Source of the DNA: Candidatus Eiseniibacteriota bacterium
GTDB taxonomy: Bacteria; Eisenbacteria; RBG-16-71-46; JACRLI01
Assembly: GCA_016235265.1 (NCBI GenBank)
Contig: JACRLI010000022.1
Location: 9,257 to 73,256, forward strand
Length of the DNA: 64,000 nucleotides
Direction of reading: 5' to 3'
The position numbers and the translations under genes were made by a program. Shown here piece after piece: positions 41,231 to 50,745 of this stretch (within the stretch, counting starts at the first letter, position 1; every line of letters starts with the position of its first letter). Under the pieces are notes generated by a model. It saw only the letters and a list, made by a program, of their open reading frames with translations. It searched no databases and was not told the DNA's origin.

Positions 41231-41369
41231 GGCAGTCCCCCCTTGTCTCGAAGAAGTCCGAGCGGCGAAGCTACCACAGGCGGCCGCATGGCGCAACGAT
41301 TCAATCTTGTAAAGTCAATGGCCGCAACGTACTATGTGACTGTTGAGAATAGTGACGCAGAAAATCCGC

Positions 41370-41399
41370 TTGTCATGCCCGGCCGTAATCTGATAGAAT
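41370..41399 (+). promoter_or_regulatory. Putative sigma-70 promoter of the PEP-CTERM gene
   Basis: TTGTCA, 18-bp spacer, TAGAAT with TG extension; AT-rich upstream region. Confidence 0.45.
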
Positions 41400-41522
41400 G
41401 TTTATGTCAACTGAACGCAACAGTCTGTGTTTCCCGCCGGTCCCGGCCGGATCGAGCGACGCGGACCATGTCCCACGCGGCGTCCCGCCGCCAGCGCCCC
41501 CTTGGGGTAGGAGAAGTCTCCA

Positions 41523-42200
41523 ATGAAAAAGGCTCTCGCTCTCGCACTGCTGGCTGTCATCGCCATCACGGGCAGCGCCGGCACCACGTTTGCCGTGACC
41601 GCCTCGCTGTACGCGCCGGCCAACGTCGGCATCACCTCGTTCGACTACACGGTGGATGGCAACCGCATCGACCTTTACGAGACCTGGGGCTCGGTGGGCT
41701 TTGGGTTCGTCATGCTCGACGACCTGGTGACCGGCGCCGACTACGTGGTGTACAAGCACATCACCAACAACACCGGCCTCACTTGGACCCGCTTCGCCAA
41801 CGAGCTGCTGGACCCGTTCGACGGCCCCGGCAGCAACGACGACCTGGACCCGCAGCCGTACCCGGCCTTCGTGCCGGAGCGGTTCTCCACCTCGAACGAT
41901 TACGACGGACTGAGCTTCGCCCAGGGTTCGGGAATCCCCCGCACCTCCGGCGCGTTCGCCTCGGTGTTCTCCGACGAGCTGACCGACGCCCGTGACTTCA
42001 TCGACTTCTTCGACGGCTCCGTCGGCGGCCTCGGTGGCACCGACCTCATGAGCTTCGGCCTGCGCGACAACCAGCACAACCAGCCGTTCCTGCTGGCGCA
42101 GCGCCCGAACGCCCGCTCGAAGGACCCCATCCCCGAGCCGTCGACCCTCGGCCTGCTGGGCCTGGGCCTGCTGGGCGTGGTCGCCCTGCGCCGCCGCTAA
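41523..42200 (+). CDS. PEP-CTERM sorting-domain surface protein
   Basis: Signal peptide MKKALALALLAVIAI; C-terminal IPEPSTLGLLGLGLLGVVALRRR. Confidence 0.93.
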   Translation: MKKALALALLAVIAITGSAGTTFAVTASLYAPANVGITSFDYTVDGNRIDLYETWGSVGFGFVMLDDLVTGADYVVYKHITNNTGLTWTRFANELLDPFDGPGSNDDLDPQPYPAFVPERFSTSNDYDGLSFAQGSGIPRTSGAFASVFSDELTDARDFIDFFDGSVGGLGGTDLMSFGLRDNQHNQPFLLAQRPNARSKDPIPEPSTLGLLGLGLLGVVALRRR

Positions 42201-42260
42201 TTTCCGGCAACATGTCTGCCTGCCGGCCGGTCTGGCCGCCGGCCGGTGGACCGACAGCGA

Positions 42261-42293
42261 ACGAGGGAGGACGTCCGGGACGTCCTCCCTCGT
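42261..42293. terminator. Hairpin between convergent genes (possibly a bidirectional terminator)
   Basis: ACGAGGGAGGACGTC/GACGTCCTCCCTCGT 15-bp perfect stem. Confidence 0.65.
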
Positions 42294-42368
42294 CGTATGC
42301 GGGGCGGGCCTGCGTGACCGGACTTCATCGCGGCGCCGCTCCGGCAGGCACGACTGCCCACCGGGCTG

Positions 42369-43583
42369 CTACGACTTCCTTGTCGCTGTCGAGGGGCGCG
42401 TGTTGAGGAACCTGCTTTCCACCGCCAGGAAGTAGGCCTTGCCGGCGAAGTAGCCTCCCACCGCCAGCGCCACGGCCAGCGCCAGGTACAGGTACGGGTT
42501 GTGGGTGGCCGCCAGCGGTCCCAGGAGCTGCTTCATCACCGCCCTTGCGGGGACGTGCACCAGGTAGAGCGAGTACGAGAAGATGCCGGCCCGCGTCAGC
42601 CAGGCGACCACGCGGCCGGAGGGCCAGCGGCCCCCGCGCTCCAGCCGCACGCAGTAATTGAGCAGCGTGAAGAAGGTCATGCCCCACAGCGCGGGGGAGA
42701 GCGAGGGCACCGGGGCGGGGCCGGCCACCGGGAAGCGCGATTCCGCCAGCAGCGCCAGCGCCGCCCACACGGGCACCAGCCAGGGCGCCGAGCAGATGCG
42801 GGGGAGCTTCACCAGCCCGAAGTACCCCTCCACCGCCAGCATCCCCAGCGTCCACTGGATCCACAGGGAGAACGCGGAGGTGCGCACCAGCGTCCACCAC
42901 TCGGCTCCGCCCGGCACGCGCATGAGCAGCGGGGCGATCGCTGCGGGGAAGAGGATGCCCAGCACCAGGCTCGCCATCACCGCGCCGCCCACGCCGCGCG
43001 GCCTCCGCCACGCCAGCAGCACGAAGTACAGCGCGTAGAAGTACTCCTCGCGCGCCAGCGTCCAGAACGGGGGATTGCCGCCGCCCAGGTCGAAAAGCGG
43101 GTGGAGCCCGTGCAGCATGAACACGTGGCTCACGAAGTCCCACGCGATCCACGGCAGGCGGGGCTCGGGGTAGCGGGTCACCAGGGGCGTCTGGCGGCCC
43201 ATCCACACCGCGGTCAGCAGCAGCGCGGTGCTGATCAGCAGCATGAAGAAGTAGGGGGGATACAGGCGGTGGATGCGCCGCTTCCAGAAGCCGGCGAAGT
43301 CCGAATCGCCCACCCCTGTCTCCGCGAAGCGGCGGGCCCAGCGCATGTGGATGCAGAATCCGGAAATCACGAAGAACAGCGGCACGCCCAGGTCGCCGCG
43401 ATCCACCACCGCGTGGAGCGCCCGGAACCAGCCCAGGTGCATGGGCATGTTCTGGCCCCAGCCGAAGTTGATGGCGTGGTGGGCCACCACGGAGAGGGCG
43501 GCCACGCCGCGCAGGAAGTCCAGGGAGGTGAGGCGGGTGGTGGGCGCGGCCCAGGGGCCGGCCGCCCGTTGCTTGTGGGTCAC
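42369..43583 (-). CDS. Acyltransferase-3 (OafA-like) membrane O-acyltransferase
   Basis: RLTSLDFLRGVAALSVV..H, GVPLFFVISGF, KRRIHRLYPPY, WTLAREEYFY and SYSLYLVH motifs. Confidence 0.9.
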   Translation of the reverse strand: MTHKQRAAGPWAAPTTRLTSLDFLRGVAALSVVAHHAINFGWGQNMPMHLGWFRALHAVVDRGDLGVPLFFVISGFCIHMRWARRFAETGVGDSDFAGFWKRRIHRLYPPYFFMLLISTALLLTAVWMGRQTPLVTRYPEPRLPWIAWDFVSHVFMLHGLHPLFDLGGGNPPFWTLAREEYFYALYFVLLAWRRPRGVGGAVMASLVLGILFPAAIAPLLMRVPGGAEWWTLVRTSAFSLWIQWTLGMLAVEGYFGLVKLPRICSAPWLVPVWAALALLAESRFPVAGPAPVPSLSPALWGMTFFTLLNYCVRLERGGRWPSGRVVAWLTRAGIFSYSLYLVHVPARAVMKQLLGPLAATHNPYLYLALAVALAVGGYFAGKAYFLAVESRFLNTRPSTATRKS

Positions 43584-43792
43584 GTTCGCCGATGCCTCCG
43601 TGCTGGAACGGGTGTCCCGGCGGCGTGCCGGGACGGGAGCGTCAGGGTAGCGCGGTGGGTGGGGGGGTGTCCATTGACGGGCCCGCCCGGGGAGCCGTAC
43701 CATATCCACACATTTCCCGACGCGGTCCCCGGTACACGCATCCTTCCGGGGGCGGCCGTCCCGAGTCGCCCACATCTCTGAAAGAGCCCCAC

Positions 43793-44845
43793 ATGACCGA
43801 ACGCGAGCCGATCAAGGCCCTCGCCATGCTCTCCGGCGGCCTCGATTCATCCCTGGCGCTGCACCTGATCAAGGCGCAGGGGATCGAGGTCGAAGCGGTG
43901 AACTTCCACACGGGCTTCTGTCTCACCGACGCCCACCGGGCGCTGGGCCAGACGGCCAACAAGAATGGCACGCCGTACCGCAACGAGGCGCTGCGCGCCG
44001 GCGCGCACGAGCGGATCCCGGTGCGGGTGGTGGATGTCTCGAAGGACTACCTGCCGGTGGTGACACAGCCCCGTTACGGCTATGGCTCGGCGATGAACCC
44101 GTGCATCGACTGCCGCATCTTCATGCTCCGCCGCGCGCGCACGCTCATGGACGAGATCGGCGCGAAGTTCGTGTTCACCGGTGAGGTGCTGGGCCAGCGC
44201 CCCATGACCCAGCACCTGCGCGCGCTGCAGCTCATCGAGCGCGAGGCCGGGCTGGAGGGGCTGGTGTTGCGCCCGCTGTCCGCCCGGTTGCTGCCGCCGA
44301 CGATCCCGGAGAAGGAAGGCTGGGTGGACCGCGAGCAGCTGATGAACATCTCGGGGCGCAGCCGCCGGGCCCAGATCGAGCTGGCGGACCAGTTCCAGAT
44401 CGGCGAGTACCCGCAGCCCGCCGGGGGCTGCTGCTCGCTGGTGGACGCCAACTTCGGGCGGCGCCTGCGCGACCTCTACGCGCACCGCGACCCGGAGTCC
44501 ATCCAGCCCGAGGAGTACGTGATGCTCAAGCTGGGCCGGCACCTGAGGCTGGCGCCGGGGCTCAAGCTGATCGTGGGCCGCAACGAGGGCGAGAACAAGT
44601 TCCTCGAGATGTGGCGCGGAGAGCGGTGGCTGCTGGGCACCCCCGACCACCCCGGCCCGCTGACGCTGCTGGACGGCGAGCCCACCGCTGAGCAGTTGCT
44701 GGAGTGCGCGCGCATCGCGGCCCGCTACTGCGACGGCAAGCGGGAGCCGAAAGTGCGGGTGCTGGCCTCGCGCCGGAGCGGCGAGTCCCGCGAGCTGGAC
44801 GTGGCGCCGCGCGGGGAGTACGAGCTTGCGTCTCGACTCCTGTGA
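43793..44845 (+). CDS. PP-loop tRNA thiouridylase (ThiI/MnmA-like) with a C-terminal NFACT-R-like domain
   Basis: SGGLDS PP-loop, NPCIDCR, TGEVLGQRPM, LRPLSARLL, PAGGCC, GRHLRL and IVGRNEGEN motifs. Confidence 0.85.
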   Translation: MTEREPIKALAMLSGGLDSSLALHLIKAQGIEVEAVNFHTGFCLTDAHRALGQTANKNGTPYRNEALRAGAHERIPVRVVDVSKDYLPVVTQPRYGYGSAMNPCIDCRIFMLRRARTLMDEIGAKFVFTGEVLGQRPMTQHLRALQLIEREAGLEGLVLRPLSARLLPPTIPEKEGWVDREQLMNISGRSRRAQIELADQFQIGEYPQPAGGCCSLVDANFGRRLRDLYAHRDPESIQPEEYVMLKLGRHLRLAPGLKLIVGRNEGENKFLEMWRGERWLLGTPDHPGPLTLLDGEPTAEQLLECARIAARYCDGKREPKVRVLASRRSGESRELDVAPRGEYELASRLL

Positions 44846-45083
44846 TGCCGTGCGCGCCGACCACGTGCTGGCGGTGGAGGGGCTGTTCTGCCCCATCCCC
44901 ATCGCGCGCGCGACCGAGCGCATGGTCACCGTCGCGGCGGGCGAAGTGCTCGAGATCCGCGCCACCGACCCGGGCGTGATCATTGACGTGCCCGCATGGT
45001 GCCATTCCGCGGGGCACGAGTTCCTGGGCTATTTCCGGGGCGGACCGCGCATCACGTGCTGGGTGAGGAAGTGTGTGAAGTAG
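44826..45083 (+). CDS. TusA/SirA family sulfur-carrier protein
   Basis: GLFCPIPI, GEVLEIRATDPG...DVPAWC...GHE. Confidence 0.88.
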   Translation: MRLDSCDAVRADHVLAVEGLFCPIPIARATERMVTVAAGEVLEIRATDPGVIIDVPAWCHSAGHEFLGYFRGGPRITCWVRKCVK

Positions 45084-45529
45084 TCCAGGCAGGTCAGGAA
45101 TGAATGCCTGCCTCCAACCGCAGGCCGGGAGCACCTGTGCCCCAGAATGAGTCTTCCGACTTCCGAGGGCCCCCTTCACCCGGAAGTTTCGGAGGATTGG
45201 AGCAGCGTGTGCAGAGATCCTGTACGTGCCCACCGATGATCACACCAACAGCCCCCGAATTGCATCGCACCCATATGGGTCGGGCAGCTATGCTCTCCGC
45301 ATCGGGACACTGGGTGGGTACGGATGTGCCTGCGTCCTCAAGCGGTTCGCAAGCGGAGCCTTGGAGTGCCCACAGAGTTGGTTGCCTTCGGCGCAGTCCC
45401 AGCTGCCCTGAGAGCCCGAGGACGATAACAAAGGTCGGAGACGTCTTCGGCTTTCCGCCAACGGAGTTCCTTGGAGGTGGTTGCGTGGCGGCCGTACTCC
45501 GTTGCTGAATGCGCCAGAGGAGGTCGGAG

Positions 45530-46378
45530 GTGCGCAATCTCTCAGACACGATCAGGCGGATCCGCGTCAGCGCTGAGGAGGGCCATCGGCTGCTGGTTGG
45601 CCTCGACTTCGACGGGACATTGGCCCCCTTCGTCGAGCATCCACACCTCGCGCGCATGGACGAACACGTGCGCAACGCCGTGGAAACGCTGGCCCGGGAT
45701 CCTGGGGCGCGGGTCGCCATCGTGAGCAGTCGGGGCCTGCACGACCTGGAGGAGCGCGTGGGGGTGGCCGGGGTCGATCTTGTGGCCAGCCAGGGCTTGG
45801 AGTTGCGGGTTGACGACCAGGAGTTGACGCTCCCCAGTTTCGGTGAGGTGGATCCGTTCTGGAGCGCAGCAATCCAAGGTGTGCTAGTGGACTACCCCGG
45901 CAGCTGGCTGGAGATCAAACCCGCTGCCCTGGCGGTGCATCTGCGAAACCTCCGGCAAGGCAGCCGCGTGGAACTTGAGCGCCGCCTGCGGACTCTACCC
46001 GGCAATCCCGCCCGCGCCGCTGCGAAGTCAGGATGGATGAGGTGCCGGCAGACGCTGGAGTGGGCTCCGGCTGGGGCGGGCAAGGAGCGCGGCCTGCGCG
46101 CGCTGCTGGAGCGCTGGGAGAGGTCGGAGTACGATATATTGCTCTACGCCGGAGACGACGAGAACGACGCCGAGGCGATGCGCGAGGTGCAGGTGCTCGG
46201 TGGGATTGCCCTCGGTGTTGGGGGGGACGCTCCGCCCGAGGCGGAGTTCCACCTGGCCGACATCGGCGAGCTGGCTACGTTCCTTCGGCTGGCGGCCGGA
46301 GGCCTGAGGGCGCACCGGGCTTGTTTGCGAGCACCGACCGTGAGGAGAACGGAGGCGCGGCATGAACGACCGGAATGA
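45530..46378 (+). CDS. otsB: Trehalose-6-phosphate phosphatase (HAD family)
   Basis: LDFDGTLAP, VAIVSSR, LEIK...AVHLR, GKERG and YAGDDEND motifs; AGGAGG RBS. Confidence 0.85.
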   Translation: MRNLSDTIRRIRVSAEEGHRLLVGLDFDGTLAPFVEHPHLARMDEHVRNAVETLARDPGARVAIVSSRGLHDLEERVGVAGVDLVASQGLELRVDDQELTLPSFGEVDPFWSAAIQGVLVDYPGSWLEIKPAALAVHLRNLRQGSRVELERRLRTLPGNPARAAAKSGWMRCRQTLEWAPAGAGKERGLRALLERWERSEYDILLYAGDDENDAEAMREVQVLGGIALGVGGDAPPEAEFHLADIGELATFLRLAAGGLRAHRACLRAPTVRRTEARHERPE

Positions 46379-47966
46379 GCCTCGCGGCGCGGGCGCCAAT
46401 CCCGGGGTCCTCGAGCGCGTGCAGGGCGCGCTCAGCCAGGCCGTGAAGCGTCAGTTCCTGCACCGTCCGCTGACGGGCCATTTCGACGCGGTTCTGTTGC
46501 GTGCTTGGGCCGAGGAGGCCTTATCCGGCCGGCGCCTGATTATCGTCTCCAACCGCGAGCCCTATTCTCATGTCCGGTCTGGAGATGGAGTTCGTGTGCT
46601 ACGCAACCCCGGCGGGCTGGTGGTCGCGCTCGACGCCGTCCTGCGCGCCACCGGGGGTGTTTGGGTGGCGCACGGGTCCGGCGATGCCGATCTTGAGCAG
46701 TCCGATTCCGCCGGGCGGGTTCGCGTTCCCGTGGATGCCCCAGCCTACACGCTGGCGCGGACGTGGCTGAGCCAGGAGGAACAGGATGGGTACTATTCCG
46801 GATTCTCGAACGGCGCGCTGTGGCCGCTGTGCCACGTGGCCTACGTCCGGCCTCGATTCGAGCTCTCGGACTGGAACCAGTACGAGGCGGTGAACCGCAA
46901 GTTCGCCCAGGCGGTGTTGGGTGTGGCGGGATCGACGCGGGCGGTGGTGCTGCTCCAGGACTATCACCTCGGGCTGTGCGCGAAATTCATCAAGGAGGAG
47001 CGTCCCGACATCCCGGTGGGACTGTTTTGGCACATTCCGTGGCCCAACCCGGAGATCTTCCGGATCCTCCCATGGAAGACCCCCTTCCTCGAGGGCCTGC
47101 TGGCCAACGACCTGCTCGGTTTTCACCTCCGGTACCACGGGATGAACTTCCTGGACACGGTGTCCGCGGAGCTGGAGGCGCGGGTAGACCTGGCCCGGAT
47201 GTCCGTGGAGCGGCGCGGGCACCTCACCAAGGTGCGGGCGTTCCCAATCAGCACTGACATCGATGGGATCGCCGCCCAGGCGGAGAGCCCCGAGTGCCTT
47301 CGGGCCACGGCACGCTGGCGGGAGCGCCTAGGTGTCGGTGGGCATCTCGTCGGGCTGGGGGTGGATCGCCTGGACTACACGAAGGGCATCCCCGAGCGCA
47401 TGACCGCGTTGCGTCGGCTCTTTGAGAAGCACCCGGAATGGCGGGGGCGCCTCAAGTTCATCCAACTGGGCGTGCCCAGCAGGGTGATGCTCGACGAGTA
47501 CCGCCGGCTCACGGAGCGGCTGGATGAGCAGGTCCGCGCGCTGAACGCGGAGTTCGGATCTCCGGACGACCCGGTGGTGCATTTCCTCAAGGGGGATTTC
47601 GACTTCGCGGACGTGATCGCCCGGTACCGTCTGGGTGACTTCGCCGCCGTCACGTCACTGCACGACGGGATGAACCTGGTGGCCAAGGAATACGTCGCTG
47701 CGCGCAGCGACCTGGGCGGGGCGCTCATTCTGAGCCCGTTCACCGGTGCGGCCCGGGAGCTGCAGGAAGCGGTGCTGGTCAACCCGTACGACGCGGATGC
47801 GCTGGCGGATGCGTTCCATCAGGTACTCAGCGGGCCACCCGAGACTTCGCGAGCGCGCATGGCGGCACTGCGCGAGAGGCTGCACCGACACACGATTTAT
47901 GACTGGGCGAAGGAGCTCCTGGAGTCCATCCGGAGGCTCGGGCCCGGTCCTCATGAAGCGAGGTGA
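46362..47966 (+). CDS. otsA: Trehalose-6-phosphate synthase (GT20)
   Basis: IVSNREP, GGLVVAL, YYSGFSNGALWPLCH, QDYHL, FWHIPWP, GVDRLDYTKGIPER and DGMNLVAKEY motifs. Confidence 0.95.
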   Translation: MNDRNEPRGAGANPGVLERVQGALSQAVKRQFLHRPLTGHFDAVLLRAWAEEALSGRRLIIVSNREPYSHVRSGDGVRVLRNPGGLVVALDAVLRATGGVWVAHGSGDADLEQSDSAGRVRVPVDAPAYTLARTWLSQEEQDGYYSGFSNGALWPLCHVAYVRPRFELSDWNQYEAVNRKFAQAVLGVAGSTRAVVLLQDYHLGLCAKFIKEERPDIPVGLFWHIPWPNPEIFRILPWKTPFLEGLLANDLLGFHLRYHGMNFLDTVSAELEARVDLARMSVERRGHLTKVRAFPISTDIDGIAAQAESPECLRATARWRERLGVGGHLVGLGVDRLDYTKGIPERMTALRRLFEKHPEWRGRLKFIQLGVPSRVMLDEYRRLTERLDEQVRALNAEFGSPDDPVVHFLKGDFDFADVIARYRLGDFAAVTSLHDGMNLVAKEYVAARSDLGGALILSPFTGAARELQEAVLVNPYDADALADAFHQVLSGPPETSRARMAALRERLHRHTIYDWAKELLESIRRLGPGPHEAR

Positions 47967-47969
47967 CCC

Positions 47970-48701
47970 TTGAAAAGCGTTTTGCTTGCAGTGGGTGCGT
48001 CCACACCGGCCCCGCTGGGCGATCGGCTGGGCTGGCTGGGCACCGGGGTGAGGGATGCCGCCACCAACGTCGGCCTGGCGCTGGTGGTCCTCGCGGTCGG
48101 CTGGCTGCTGGCCCGCGTGTGTCTGGCACTGGTGCAGTGGCTGCTGCGCAAGCTGCGGTTCAACCACGTCGTCCGGCGAATTCTCGGCCAGTCCTCGCTG
48201 GCCGGGAGTCTGGAGGCATCCACCACAGCCGGCTGGATCGTGTTCTGGGGAATCATGCTGCTGGCTATGATGGTGTCGCTGGACCTCGTGGGGATCCACG
48301 TGCGGGATGCCGTGGGCCAGCGGCTGGCGGAGGTGCTGCCGCGCATCGTGGTGGCCTCGTTCGTCGCTCTCGGAGGAGTGCTCGCGGCGGTCCTGGTCGG
48401 GGTCGTGATCCGTTCCGCGTTGCGGGGGATGGGCTGGATGCGCCCGGCGGTCGGCGCGCAACTGGGGTCTGCCGCCGTCCTGGTCTTCGCCGGCCTGCTG
48501 GCTCTGGAGCAACTGGGTCTGGCCGCGCAGTTGGTGGTCGGGGTGGGGCTGATCCTGGTCGCGGCCGTCGGGCTTGCAGCCGGGCTGGCATTCGGCCTGG
48601 GTTGCCGTGACCTGGCGCGCGACCTGCTGATCGAGTACCTGCGCTCCCTGGATGGGCAGGGAGGCTCAGCGCGATCGCGGACCGGCACAGAGAGCGAGTG
48701 A
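47970..48701 (+). CDS. Membrane protein of the MscS-associated TM-helix (CmpX-like) type
   Basis: Several TM helices; LALEQLG...GLAAGLAFGLGCRDLAR motif. Confidence 0.72.
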   Translation: MKSVLLAVGASTPAPLGDRLGWLGTGVRDAATNVGLALVVLAVGWLLARVCLALVQWLLRKLRFNHVVRRILGQSSLAGSLEASTTAGWIVFWGIMLLAMMVSLDLVGIHVRDAVGQRLAEVLPRIVVASFVALGGVLAAVLVGVVIRSALRGMGWMRPAVGAQLGSAAVLVFAGLLALEQLGLAAQLVVGVGLILVAAVGLAAGLAFGLGCRDLARDLLIEYLRSLDGQGGSARSRTGTESE

Positions 48702-49453
48702 TGCTCGCGGCGTTCGAGTTCTCCAGCGTTGTGTACCTGGTCGAGCCTACGGGTGCGGTAGCCAGGAATCTCCTTGAGCTTCGCGAGGGGATCCGGCAGG
48801 CGGAACCGCGCAGCCTGTTCTATCACGCGTACGAACCCCTGCTGCGCGACCCCGGGGCGGACGAACCGCCCCCGCACGACTTCGCTCACTGGTGCGAGCA
48901 TGTTCTGCTGCATCCTGAGGCGGCCGAGCGCCTGGAATTCGCGTCGGTGTCGAGTGGGCAGGGGCTCGAGTCGCTGCGGGAGGCCCTGGTGTCCGTGCTG
49001 GACGACCTGTGCCGCGACGACCGGGCCCGCCGGGAGGCGCCGCTCGAGCTGGGCCTTCGGCTTCACCGCTGGCACACGCTCGCTGTGCGCTCGGGGCTGG
49101 CAGCTCGGGATGCCTACGAGATGATCGAGTGTGTCGAGGCGCTGGACGACGAGGGTTTCCTCTTCCATTTCCATGAGGCAGCGGAATTCTCAACGGAATC
49201 GGCCGGTGACCTGGTCGCGTGGCTGGAGGAGTCCGGGGCCGAGCGCCATGCGCGCGTGGCCCGGGAAGTCCAATCCTCGCGCGCGGGCCTGCACGCGGCG
49301 AGGCGTTCCCTGCTGCGGCGCTGGCGTCAGCGCTCCATCCCGGCCCGGCTGGTGGCCAAGGCCGGGGAGCCGGAGGCGGCACGCAGGGGGGAGGCGCGTG
49401 ACGTGATGACGCGCTTGGTGCGCGGGTGGCGCCGGGATGCGGAGCCCAAGTGA
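48698..49453 (+). CDS. DUF5752 (OrfY-like) TreT-associated protein
   Basis: Internal duplication ARNLLEL...SLFYH...DFAHW / ARDAYEM...FLFHFHEA...DLVAW; coupled to treT. Confidence 0.7.
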   Translation: MMLAAFEFSSVVYLVEPTGAVARNLLELREGIRQAEPRSLFYHAYEPLLRDPGADEPPPHDFAHWCEHVLLHPEAAERLEFASVSSGQGLESLREALVSVLDDLCRDDRARREAPLELGLRLHRWHTLAVRSGLAARDAYEMIECVEALDDEGFLFHFHEAAEFSTESAGDLVAWLEESGAERHARVAREVQSSRAGLHAARRSLLRRWRQRSIPARLVAKAGEPEAARRGEARDVMTRLVRGWRRDAEPK

Positions 49454-50745
49454 ACGCGACGACCTCGCTTCTGGAGCGCTACCGGGGCCTGGTGGACGGG
49501 GCAGACCTCCACGTGCTGGAGCAGCTCGCGCGGGTGCTGCGCGGGCGGCGGTTGGTCATGGTGAATTCGACCGCCGTCGGGGGAGGTGTGGCGGAGATCC
49601 TGCGCCGGATGGTCGAGCTGCTGCGCGCGTTGGACGTGGACGTAGAGTGGGAAGTGATGGGCGGGGACGACGCGTTCTTCGAGGTGACCAAAGCCATCCA
49701 CAACGGGCTGCACGGCCGCCGCGTCGAGCTCACCCGGGAGATGCGCGAGGCATATGCCCGGCGCACGGAGCTCGAGGCTGGGCGGCTGAAGCTGGACGGC
49801 GACATCATCATGATCCACGACCCCCAGCCGGCCGGGCTTGCGGCGCTGCGGCGTCGGCCTGGCCAGACGTGGATCTGGCGCTGCCATATCGACCTATCAG
49901 GGCCCGACCCGGAGGTTTGGCGGTTCCTGGAGCCCGAAGTGCTCCGGCATGACGCGACGATCTTCTCGGCCTCCGAGTTCGTGCAGCAGCTGGCCATTCC
50001 GTCGTACGTGGCGCCGCCCTCGATCGATCCGTTCGCGGACAAGAACCGTGAGCTTTCGCGCGAGGAGACGGAGGAGGCGCTCAAGGGGCTGGGAGTGCAC
50101 GGCCGCACCCCCCTGGTTTCCCAGGTATCCCGTTTTGACCGCCTGAAAGACCCGGTTGGTGTGGTGCAGGCGTTCGCCCGCGTCAGGCGCAAGACGAGGG
50201 CGCATCTAGTGCTGGTTGGTGGAAGTGCGGACGACGATCCCGAGGGTGCCGCGGTTCTTGCGGAGACCCGCGAGGCCGCCCGAAACGTGCCGGACGTGAC
50301 CATCCTGGACCTACCCAACGACTCCAACGTCATGATCAACGCCATTCAGAGGGAGTCTGCGGTGGTGCTCCAGAAGTCGCTGCGGGAGGGTTTCGCCCTG
50401 ACGGTCTCTGAGGCCCTGTGGAAGGAGCGCGCGGTGGTCGCTTCGGCAGTCGGAGGAATCCCTCTGCAGGTTCTCCATGGCAGGACCGGTATGCTGGTCC
50501 ATTCCGTGGATGGTGCCGCCTATCAGATTCTCCGTTTGCTGGAGTACCCGGGCCTGCGCCGCCGACTGGGTGTCGCGGGCCGCAAGCATGTGCTCCGGCG
50601 GTTCCTGCTGCCTAGGGAGACGCGGGACTATCTGGCCGTGGCGGTGTCTGCGCTGGCGCGACGGACCGTTATTCAGGGGGTAAGTTTCGATGGGGTGGCC
50701 GGAGCGTACGATTCGATCGGAGTTTCGAGCCGGGGAGTGCGATGA
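49450..50745 (+). CDS. treT: Trehalose synthase, glycosyl-transferring (GT4)
   Basis: VNSTAVGGGVAEIL, FFEVTKAIHNGLHG, IHDPQP, WRCHID, PSIDP, QVSRFDRLKDP and QKSLREGFALTVSEALWK motifs. Confidence 0.88.
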   Translation: MNATTSLLERYRGLVDGADLHVLEQLARVLRGRRLVMVNSTAVGGGVAEILRRMVELLRALDVDVEWEVMGGDDAFFEVTKAIHNGLHGRRVELTREMREAYARRTELEAGRLKLDGDIIMIHDPQPAGLAALRRRPGQTWIWRCHIDLSGPDPEVWRFLEPEVLRHDATIFSASEFVQQLAIPSYVAPPSIDPFADKNRELSREETEEALKGLGVHGRTPLVSQVSRFDRLKDPVGVVQAFARVRRKTRAHLVLVGGSADDDPEGAAVLAETREAARNVPDVTILDLPNDSNVMINAIQRESAVVLQKSLREGFALTVSEALWKERAVVASAVGGIPLQVLHGRTGMLVHSVDGAAYQILRLLEYPGLRRRLGVAGRKHVLRRFLLPRETRDYLAVAVSALARRTVIQGVSFDGVAGAYDSIGVSSRGVR

